Under the pieces are notes generated by a model. It searched no databases, was not told where the DNA came from, and was given only the letters and a program-made list of their open reading frames with translations. Positions 15,870 to 26,560 of a stretch of 64,000 bases of DNA are shown here, piece after piece (positions within the stretch are counted from its first letter, which is position 1; each line of letters opens with the position of its first letter). Origin of the DNA: Octopus vulgaris (Eukaryota); the NCBI GenBank assembly GCA_951406725.2, contig OX597825.1, forward strand, positions 26,784,001 to 26,848,000, read 5' to 3'. Position numbers and translations under genes: made by a program.

Positions 15870-16052
15870 TTATCTACATTACTTCATGAGTATAGCCTCA
15901 ACCACTAAGATGTCTAGAGAACTCACATGTATTTTAGCTGATGAGTACGGGACACGTTTATATGCTGCAATTTTTGCAACTTTTAATAAAGCCTGTCTTT
16001 GTATGAAACGATTGTACTAAAAACTTATCCATTCTTGTTGCTTCTTTCTCGC
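15870..16052 (+). repeat. Inverted 5' pseudo-LTR copy
   Basis: Reverse complement of 13476-13658; joins directly onto the truncated ORF. Confidence 0.95.
15932..16022 (+). ncRNA. Type-I hammerhead ribozyme (inverted copy)
   Basis: TTTTAG 15932-37, CTGATGA 15938-44, GAAA 16005-08, GTA 16014-16, CTAAAA 16017-22. Confidence 0.82.
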
Positions 16053-16103
<51 letters not shown>

Positions 16104-16221
16104 CCACACACACATATGTATATATAATACTTCTATACACTTGGAAATGGATTGTGGCCTTCAATTAAATAATAAATAGTAAATAATTTATATATATATA
16201 TATATATATATATATGCATAT

Positions 16222-16975
16222 ACGGGTGCAGGATCTAACCAATGGTTCAAACAACATGAAATACGTGAGAAACAATGAGATAAATACTTAAACAACGAGA
16301 AAGATGGAAAACAGGACAAGGAAACATACAGAAGGAAGTGTTCGTCAGTTGTCGGCTGTGTTTCTACTCCTCATTTCGAGCATTCACCCACAATACGAGT
16401 CCTTAAAGATAGGTGATGGCTTTTTGAAAAGGGAAAATATAGAAGTGAGAGAGAGAAGAAAAACGTCCGATCATTTGAACATCCGTGCAGGAAAAGAAAG
16501 TTGGTCAGGTGAGAAAAAGCTAGATGGACGATGTTCACGTATGAGTAACGAGAGAGAGAGAAATAGAAAGAGGGAAGAGAGAGACAGATAGAGAACGCGT
16601 GAAGTAGGGAGGTGAGAGAAAGGGAATTAGAGAAGTATGGAGGAAGAAAACAGTATAGAGAAGAGAGTTGCATCAAAAAGGTACTCCCACGGGACCATCT
16701 TTCTTTTCCTGCACGGACGTTCAAAAGAACGGGCGTGTTTTTTTCTCTCTCTTCTATATTTTCTCTTTTCCCCCAAACTATTCACTATTTTTCTTCTCGT
16801 TCTGGTGTAACGACCCTCCATAAATGTTTTTGTTCGGTTTCCTTGTAAATCTCCACTGGCATGTTTTTCTTCCCAACTTTGCCCCTCCATAATTCATAAA
16901 TTTTATTTTAGAATTGATGGGAACGACTGTCTATGAAGACTAATATTGTTATAGAAAGCTCGAAATGAGGGTGAA
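16222..16975. mobile_element. Older repeat remnant, probably a PLE 3' end, with internal inverted duplication
   Basis: 16426-16513 and 16686-16771 are diverged inverted copies; 16255-16385 (minus) resembles 52780-52920 (plus); abuts (TA)n. Confidence 0.5.
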
Positions 16976-17194
16976 TCTTATAAATTCTAAATTACAGGAG
17001 AATCTGTTAGTGAAGCAGTTTAGCTTGAATGGTAAAGCACGTCGACCGGAACTTGATGTGAGTAGGGGTCTCATTACTGGTTGGTGACAGATTTTTCTGC
17101 ATTTTAAGGATTTTATATTATATTCAATATATTTCAGTGCTTCGAAAACAAACTTACTTTTGTTTACATATGATATAATTATATAGATGTCGCA

Positions 17195-17394
17195 TGTGTA
17201 CCGTTGGCGATTTTTTTCCTCCGTCTTCCCTTTTTTGGATCTTTCCTTTTCCCATGTTTCTGACGAAGAGCTCCGCTCGAAACGTTAATCCCTCTTTCTT
17301 TCCTTGTTTCCTGAGCGTCCAATAATACTAAACGTGTTCCTCGTCCTCACGTTGTTGTGTTTTCTCTTTGTGTTTTCATGTTTGGATTAACTTT

Positions 17395-17400
<6 letters not shown>
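17195..17400 (+). mobile_element. Short PLE-type 3' end carrying a minimal hammerhead, ending in (TA)n
   Basis: Pyrimidine-rich body with gttt-CTGACGA-agagc-tcc-gctc-GAAA-cgtt at 17256-17290. Confidence 0.6.
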
Positions 17401-17438
<38 letters not shown>

Positions 17439-17442
<4 letters not shown>

Positions 17443-17472
17443 AGTGTGAGATACTGGGATAGAAAATATATC

Positions 17473-17505
<33 letters not shown>

Positions 17506-17540
17506 CGATATATTTTCTATCCCAGTATCTCGCACTCTTT
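17439..17540. repeat. Fold-back inverted repeat centred on (TA)n
   Basis: aaagagtgtgagatactgggatagaaaatatatc ... (TA)n ... gatatattttctatcccagtatctcgcactcttt. Confidence 0.93.
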
Positions 17541-18332
17541 TTTTATCTCTGTCAGTCTCTCGATACACACGGATGCGCGCCTGCATGTAAATAATGCATG
17601 TATGTAAGTATATGTATAAATGTGACCATTCGTGAGTGTGCAATGTAGATGAGTTATTTTAAGTAGCAGATCATTTTTATTTCAAGAACGTAATTGACTT
17701 TCAGAAAATAATAATATTTTGTAACATCCATCAGCTAATATAGTGACAATTAGATATATTCTTTTGTTTGTTTTCTTTTTGCTGATCAAGCATGTTTTGT
17801 AAGTAAATCAATTTGCTTCAGCATTTTCTTTTCAAATTTCTTATACATTTGAAAGGATTCTTATACATTTTAAGATATAGCTATGTCTAGACAGCACTTT
17901 ACAATCCCGTAGTTTGTGGCGTAACTTATCAAATTCCAGATATTAGTGACAAGTTCAGTATTATCGCTTCACTCACATTTTCTGTGTGTGTAATTAAAAT
18001 GATGACATGTGTCTCGTAACGTTTTATTAGATATTCATTTTAATGCATGCAAATTGAATCATGTTGATATTAACTTTGTTTCTAACTACATTCAAATCGA
18101 TAATCAGAGTTATTTAAATAACTCTATTGTTTCTTACGTAATAAAAAATGTTTATAATACTGATTGATTTGTGTAAATTGTCTCTATATCTAAGAGTCGT
18201 TAAAATTTATATTAGCTGATAGAAGCAGTGCAGGTATATTTACCTATTTACATACTTATTTTTATGTATATGTACATACATGCATACATAGATACATGCA
18301 TACATACATACATGCATACATACATACATACA

Positions 18333-18366
<34 letters not shown>

Positions 18367-18985
18367 AATACATACATACATCCATACATACATACATATT
18401 CAAAATTACTATAGAAAATCAGATCGGCATGATGAATTGGCTTGATATAGTATGGACGATATTCTGAAGCCAACAATGAAAGCACCGATTTAGCACAAAA
18501 TTATATGCGTAAACGTTAAGTAAAAACAGTACAAAAGCTGAGTAAACCAGTTCCCCCAGGTTCTTTGCAAGTCCAATGACATAGTAATTAATGAGTTTGG
18601 CAATTTGAAAGATGGGAGTGCGGAAAACATTTGTCATAAACAATGCCGTTCTGTCTGAAGTGAAAAGACATCTTAGCAGACTTGAAACAATAGGACTTGA
18701 TAATAGGAAAGCAATCGGCTCTCTTTCCCGCTCATGGCTACGAAAGTGTTGATGTTTGTCAAATGTGTCTGCAACCGGAATTGTTGTTGCTATTGAGAGA
18801 ATCGCAAAGAGGCGGATAACAATTCTTACGCTTAGAACTGAGAGCGGAACGATTACTTCCAATGTTATAAATTCTTCAAAATGAATATTCCAAGGAGGAG
18901 GTAGCCTTCCTGCAAATCTATTCAATTTGGTATTATATATATATATATACATACATATATATATGTATATATATGTATACATATA

Positions 18986-19068
<83 letters not shown>

Positions 19069-19069
<1 letters not shown>

Positions 19070-19188
19070 TGGCCTGCTCGCTTAGCCAGCGGGGTGGCGT
19101 CATTTGAAGGCTAAAACAATGCGAACGCATTGTGACCAGCGATGTCTAACAACATCTGATGGTCTGGTCGGTCCCGTGATCCCGTGAT
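19069..19188 (+). mobile_element. Isolated SINE 3' tail (tail T3) between two (TA)n runs
   Basis: Matches the tails of the SINEs at 50273, 53258 and 57220 (ggcctgctcgcttagccagcgggg...ggtcggtc(a/c)cgtgat). Confidence 0.85.
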
Positions 19189-19191
19189 ATT

Positions 19192-19294
<103 letters not shown>

Positions 19295-19717
19295 GTATGT
19301 ATATATAAATGTGTGTGCGCGTGTAATTATTATTGCTGTCATCTCTAACAAAGTATTCAACTCCCTCTCAATAGGCGCACAAGCTATGTAGCCGGTTTGT
19401 GCAGTCTATCAGGGGGAGTATAATACTTATGGGTTTCTTACGTGGGAACCATTTGCAAATGACCTCTTGGAGCGCATTTATACACGCTTCATGTAGAAAA
19501 CAAATTCTATTATAAAATATCTGCTTTAACTAGGATATTACTGTCACATTCAAAGCCGTAGAATAAGAGGAAATCTAAAATAAAAATAAAATAAAAAGCA
19601 GGAACAGGATATTTGAAGAAGTTATTATTTTTTAATTAATAAATATTGTTTCACCAGCATACATGAGCTGGGCTGCAGAAAGTATCTTTTATCTTTTATC
19701 TTTTAACTTTTATTTAT

Positions 19718-20105
19718 GAGTGGCTGTGTTGTAAGTAGCTTGCTAACCAACCACATGGTTCCGGGTTCAGTCCCACTGCGTGGCAACTTGGGCAAGTGTC
19801 TTCTGCTATAGCCTCGGGCCGACCAATGCCTTGTGAGTGGATTTGGTAGACGGAAACTGAAAGAAGCCTGTCGTATATATGTATGTATATATATATAAGT
19901 GTGTGTGTATATGTTTGTGTGTCTGTGTTTGTCCCCCTAGCATTGCTTGACAACCGATGCTGGTGTGTTTGCGTCCCCGTCACTTAGCGGTTCGGCAAAA
20001 GAGACCGATAAAATAAATACTGGGCTTACAAAGAATAAGTACCGGGGTCGATTTGTTCGACTAAAGGCGGTGCTCCAGCATGGCCGCAGTCAAATGACTG
20101 AAACA
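19718..20105 (+). mobile_element. tRNA-derived SINE, family B (CORE-like)
   Basis: A-box-like tggctgtgttg, B-box-like ggttcagtcc, ttgggcaagtg core, internal (TA/TG)n, A-rich end; relatives at 33327, 40718, 57020. Confidence 0.88.
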
Positions 20106-20539
20106 ATTAAAAAAAACAGTTAAAAAAAGTCATTTTACTGCGGCCATTTTGTCATTTCATTGTGGCCATGGAAGCGTACTGTCTAAAAAATCGACCACTC
20201 AAGGACTTATATTTTCTCCTCGTACTTATTCTATCGGCCTCCCCAACTTTCCACCGAGACAATGCAACCGGTTCCTTGCTCAACATTGTAAATGTAATTA
20301 CGGGGATAGTCATTAATTTCTCAATAGGACTACAATGAAGATGATATTTTGGCATAAACTGTAGCCAGTGTACATCTGTCACGCTGTTTTGTTTCAATAC
20401 ATCCATCTTACTCAATACTAACCTGTAATAATACATTAGAAAGTGATTTGTTTTGAAATCTGTTTTAAAATCTGATGTTTCTATCAGATGCGTAGATGAG
20501 GTTGCACAGAGTCTGCTCTTTCGATACATTTATCTATAT

Positions 20540-22800
20540 ATTCAGTGAGATTTATAAATGTTGCACCAACATTTAAGTACGATATTTGTTGGTTATATAT
20601 TCAAACCATTACAAAAAGTATCAAACCAGATGTCACTGCGTTCTCATCAATAGAATCAGTGAGTATGGCAAGACTTTTTCACAGGTAATCTTTTGTTGTA
20701 TGAGATTAAAACAAAGAACTACTGAGATTTGAAGAGTCTGTATTATATGACAGCATTTGAGATATTTTTCTAATTAAAATGGCAAAGTTATATCATTTTG
20801 GTTCTTTCATTCATGAACATAATATACGAGGCTTTCCCATGATGAAAGACATTGATGAAGTAACTAATTTGTTTATAAATGCCGCCTGTCCAGATCTGTG
20901 AATGCATGTTATAGCGAGATTTGTGACAAGTTTGGTTGCTGTTGATTAAGTTCTAAGAGTATAATTAATAGGAAACCGTAGAAAGATAATTGATTTTCCA
21001 GATATTGTGCACACTGTTTGAAGGCTATGTCAGTTTTTTTAGCATTTTTTTTACTAAACGATTCCTTACAGCGCACATTGATACACTCAGCGTGTCAATT
21101 AGTGTAAAATTGCAGGACGCTGATTCTCAATAATCCATAGCGATTTATTTTTATATTTTCGGAAAACGATTTTTATGATGTAATTCTTTTTCTAAAACGC
21201 TTTTTCAAAAATCCTAGTCTTTTTATATGGAATATTAAAGTATACAAAATATTTTCTCAATACCATAATAATTCCTGATCCAGTCACAGCATTGCAGTCC
21301 CTGGGAACATACCTAGTGTAGAAAATTCATGTCTATTTTCCCTTCAATTGTTATAAAAATTATAATAAGAAAAATATTGGATCATGTAAGTTAACACATA
21401 AGTATTCTAGTGTCACCTTGCAGTCATGGGATACTTTAGAAAACGATGACATATGTTGCATTATCTCATTCGAAAAGAGTCAAAAATACCAAAATGATAG
21501 TCGGTGTTTTTAATCCCGTCAAATTTGATGTAGCAGGTATATAGTCAAACAGTATTCAGTTACGTCCAAACCATTTGTAAAAAATATTTTATAACGGTGG
21601 TGTGCTATTTCTGAAGGAGATATCATTCTTTCGGTTGTAGATTTGTGAGATTACACAAATAGTTTTCTGTGTTGTCTTATGGATTCGATCTATTTTTCTG
21701 ATTCCTTGCGGCCCAGATTCACCGAGATTATGCAATCATACATTCAAATATATCCCATGAAACTCCTGACTTTGGATGAGTATTAAACTAGAGTAAGTAA
21801 TCTATAGTACTCTTTTAAAGAGGATGAGTGCGATGTGTTGGAGTATGATGAAACGGTTGCTGTTTCGAGGAACTCGAAGAACAAGTATAGAGGCCTACTG
21901 GGTTTGTTAATTTTGTACAAAATCTACAACAAAATAATTAAATAAGTTAAATCTCTTTTTAATCATAACATAGACCAAACATCACTCTAAATAACCTCCC
22001 GAAATACTCACAAGACTTTCACAGAACAATTGCATATATTTTTTGTGTACAACATAGAAGAGCGTAGTCGCAAACAAGTCGCTTCCGTGGAGTGTAATTT
22101 GTCAAGGAAATCCGATAATGACGGAGCGAATGATATTAAGTGCAGCAAATTGTTAAATACAATCGTGAGTATCGATGACATTAGTGCATCCAAATGATAT
22201 GATTCCTGCATAATCCATGGCATTACGTTAGCAATTATCTTGTTCTCTTGTAAAATTTATGATAGAGATTTTCTTCATTGTGGCAATACATGTGTATAAC
22301 AGTCATTGTTAGAGATTAGGATTATTGCTGCAGATGTTAATGAGTGTAATAAAGCTGAAGATAACATCGATTTGATCCCCCAAGATTTCAGTTAGTTCAG
22401 GGCAAGTCGTAAAATATCAGTTGTAATATACTGAAAATTTCATCAAGAGTTAAATTTTATTTCTGTGTTGCTTAAGGCACTTAACGCTTTTGCTTTTGTA
22501 ATGATTTCCTTTCAACGAGTTAAAGAATGCCCAGTCAGCCCAAATGTAACTGACAATCTTCAACCGTGTGTTGCTGCGCCTTCATTTAGAAAAAAAGAAT
22601 TAACCAAGTGGTTAAGTTTCATAGAGTAAATTTCATAAGTGCATGTAAATATCCAGTGTTCAGCAAATGTACAACAATACAAATACTGATGGACAAACCT
22701 AGGTATTACTATAAAGTGGTGTAGCAGGGTACAACAAAAATGACATCTCAGAACATATTCATCACTATACCGACGGACGCGTTCAAATGTAAAATTCACT
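20540..22800 (-). mobile_element. Possible very old hAT (GTF2IRD2/Charlie-like) transposase remnant
   Basis: Scattered broken traces only: FIVIPRFV (~22700), QLKGK (~21345), Y-CEKV (~20685), terminal SH-stop (~20545). Confidence 0.3.
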
Positions 22801-25800
22801 CCGTGATTAAACACATTCTTTCAAAGATCAAACTGTTATGAAGTAATCCCGCTATCCTTCTGATAAATATTAAAAAAGATATTTATACAGATATTAATTA
22901 CGAGATTTCTAACTTCATCACTGATGTTGTAAACGTAATACTTTATCTTTTACGGCGCTCTTTGTGTTTCTTCATCCCAGATTCAACGTAATGTATCTGT
23001 AGTCATATGTGCGATGAAATAAATGTGCTTATATCTTCGCCCTAGATACAGCTATAAATTCAAAATGTATCGTGTGATATGCTCTTCATAAAACAATCGA
23101 AAATATTTCATTCAAGGTATCAGGAAGGCATGTGAACTATTATTCTTTAGAAATCTCAATAGATCCCTTGTGCTTTTGACGGTGCAGTCTTAATTTAATT
23201 TTCTTCTCTTTTTGCATTTGTTTGGACACTTGGAAACTCAAGATAAGAAAGATGCATTTGTCACATAACATTGTTATGCATTTACTTTTTCATCTAAACG
23301 TTCCACATCCGAATACATTTGCTTTACCGGTCACTTTAGCAGTGACCATCGACACCGTTTTGTGCAAATTTTTAGAGGACTAACAGATAATTGACAGATA
23401 AGAATAATATATCCTCAATTTGAAAACCAAGAGGAAATGGTTGCAACAGATTAAACACAGCAAATGTATCCCTAGGAAGAGTTAGTGGTGTTGACGTAGG
23501 TAACGGATCAAATGTACCATCCAAAAACTCATATTACGCAAGGATCCGAAAACACCGCGACTTCTTGTGCGGCATCTTTTACTATTCTACAAATCCTGTG
23601 CTTGGCATCAGTTTTATATCTCTTCTTCGAGATGATGCAAGACAGTGTTGACATTGACGGCATTGGAACTAGGATCTGGAAGAGTCAAAACTGAAAACGA
23701 TATGTTTTTATTTTTTGTGTTCTAAAACATTTGTCAATCGAATGAAAGCCGAATAAATATAAGATTTGGTATTACTAAACTGTTTACTGTTTGGATACAA
23801 ATATACAGAAATTCGAAGGTACAAAGGAAAATACTATAGAATATTGAGAGGTCGCAAATTGAGTATTATTGTAATTATACAAAATCATAATGAATTCTAG
23901 AGAATCGTTTTGCTAATCCATATGAACTTTTATTGAAAAAGGGAACGTCCATTTTACTTACAAATATGCCTAAACTATATTTACAGTAAACAAAGATTGT
24001 CATCTGACATCGATTATTCTTCATCTTGAAGCTCTTTCCTGGGGTGTGAGTATATTTATAACTGTGCAATCGCTCCTTTACTCTGTTTCAAATATTTGTA
24101 TCTATTGTGTAAAAGTATCACAGATGGCTATTTTCTACTACCTGTGTAATCTACTGCTATTGCTTCAATCCCATAACTCATCGCTTTTCTTCTGCATGCA
24201 CAAGTGACAAAGCTCTGATTTTAAATTATATTATTCGACTTGTATCAGGACTTAAAATTCCACGCAAACATCATACAACCACAAATCATTTGCTTGTCCC
24301 AACGCTCAAATTGATGAGGTAAAAAAACACAAATCTAGAGTCAGCTACTACAAACATGTTATTCTCTATGGACCTCATATATCACAAGCCATCAGAGTGC
24401 GGCCAGCCGCTAGAGATGTTAGTTTTAACTGTCTTCATTAACTCTCCTCAGTTTCCAAGGCCAGGCACAATTAGCTGTATGCCTCTTCCTAATGAATGAA
24501 AATAACCATTACAAAGCTTTGGAGCTAACTTTACTCAAGTCAATAAATAATTTCTATTCGTTATCCACATGCATGTGTCCCATTTTTGGCGTTAATCATT
24601 AACGTCAGTACAGAAACAAGCATTATTTTCTTGCTTAAAAAAGACAGATAAACCTTCACGGAGAGAACAGAAAATGGCAATTTTTGTACGTTGCTGTAGT
24701 TTGGATCCCCCAATTTTCTGTTTTCTCCCTTGATAATGCTAGGTCCCTTACTAAATCGTTCAAAGTTTCTTGATTAAACAAGCGTGGCTCATTTTTGTTT
24801 TTTAATCAACTATGTGTCTTCGTCGTTAGGACTCGTGATTACATGCCATTTTCACGCTTCCTTTAGCAAACAGGGAAACTTATTTTTCTAATTAAAAATA
24901 ACGCAACCAGATTTTAAGTATATGTTTTCGATTTCATTAACTTCAGCCATTCTCCGAACTTGGAAGAATTCAAGTCAAAATAGTTTAGAGTGTTGAGTGG
25001 AATTTGAAATCAAAACGTAAATAACAGAATATATTCTCGATTACAATATTTATCGAACAATTTCTGGTTTAGGCAACAGGTCAACAGATTTTGAGGGAAG
25101 AGCTTAATCAATTACATCGACGGTAGTAGAACTGTAATTTATTGATCTTCAAGGGATGAACATTTAAAAAAAAATTCTTTGGTTTGAAATCAGCGTACAC
25201 GGCCTGGAGATATATCGCAATGCTTTAACGATTCTTCGTTTTCAAAACACGAAAAAGTATTTCTATGCATAAAACCTGAGATTCGTGGTACAGGGTTTAG
25301 TTCATTAAAGCATAAGGAATATCTAACTGACATTATATATTACGTTTACCGAAATACAGATATAGTTTCTTCCCCGAAATTAAAGAATTGTAAAAATACC
25401 ATATAACATTCAGGCAGCGTTTTTAGCGATTCTGGCACGAAACGTATTGTAATAAACATATGAAACGAATGCAATTTATATGTTCACTACCTGAGAGTAC
25501 TTAGCATTTAATAATAAATGACTGAAAAGTTACTACCCATATATTAATTTGCCTTGAAATATTTTTGATTGAAATGTTTTATTATATGATTTACAGATTT
25601 TATGAAGCCTAATGAACGCTTTTCTGGATAGATATTTTTTCCCTTTCTAATGACATTCACGGACGTAATTTTAGATTGTGTGCTTAGGAACGATATTTGA
25701 TGTAAAGGATTTCACGCAATTACAAATTTGCTATCACGTTTATGATCTTCTTCCTTGTTATTGATGTTCGTTACACCTTTTTACTTAGGGATGCTTTTAG

Positions 25801-26189
25801 AGATGCCGATGAGATTTAATCATCTGTAAAAAGAAATACAGGAAGCTAAATATGTTCTGCGCCAACACAACATTAATTTCAGATACTGAAATTGATAGCA
25901 AACATTGTAGGTCTTTAAGTTAAGGACGTAGGTGCATATTTGAAATAATAAAAAAGAAATATCAATATAACTAACAGTTCGTATTCTATGTGCTTTTACT
26001 GCAAAAATTGTTATACCCGAAGTCTGATATGGAATATATTATATATGAAACGATAGTAAAATATCATATTTCATAACCACCCATCTTTAGAATATAAATT
26101 TATTGCCCTTGATCTATTACGGTAAACACATTTTTACACACACACAAGCAAATCATACACGCATGCATGTGTGTGTGTGTGTATATATA

Positions 26190-26560
26190 CAGGATGCGGA
26201 CGTTATTGGAGGGAGCAAACATTTTTCGTTATTATTTAATTTAATTTTTAATGACTTTCTATTTCAGAACATAATAATGACAGGCCCTATGCTTACTAAT
26301 GAAATGAATAGGCATGCTGTGTTTGTGACTTTTGAAGGCTAAGTATTGTGATTTAGAAATTTCTCTATTTCTGAAAGTTGCAATATTTCTTGTCCACAAA
26401 ATTCAGTGTGAGTTAGAAAAAGACGAAATCATATAACTTGTATCAATTCTTAAAAAAAAAACATTTCAAACTTTCTGATTCTAACAGGACATTTACTCAG
26501 GAAGTTAAGCAAAACCTTGAAAGACAATCCAGGATAATCAATGAGATCAATTCGAAATAA
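26190..26560 (+). mobile_element. Tc1/mariner-superfamily transposon 5' remnant
   Basis: MTGPMLTNEMNRHAVFVT/KAKYCDLEISLFLKVAIFLVHKIQCELE across a frameshift; resembles the N-terminal HTH of Tc1/maT-like transposases. Confidence 0.55.

Larger units (their letters stand above)
13361..16052 (-). mobile_element. Young 5'-truncated Penelope-like retroelement (C-terminal GIY-YIG type, possibly Hydra-clade-like) with inverted pseudo-LTRs, inserted in (TA)n
   Basis: (TA)n on both sides (~13293-13360, ~16054-16101); 183-bp inverted repeat 13476-13658/15870-16052; hammerhead in each repeat; GIY-YIG ORF inside; 115-bp tail (13361-13475) only at the 3' end. Confidence 0.85.

Noticed and set aside
13476-16052. 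DNA transposon or MITE with 183-bp TIRs
   Set aside because: The repeats contain hammerheads, the element extends 115 bp beyond one repeat, and the cargo is GIY-YIG rather than DDE, which fits a PLE.
18419-18982. 187-aa ORF
   Set aside because: Starts in (TA)n; the remainder has no recognisable domain.
25760-25840. Strong minus-strand splice acceptor (tatttctttttacag)
   Set aside because: All three frames reach a stop within 9 codons; no partner exon found.
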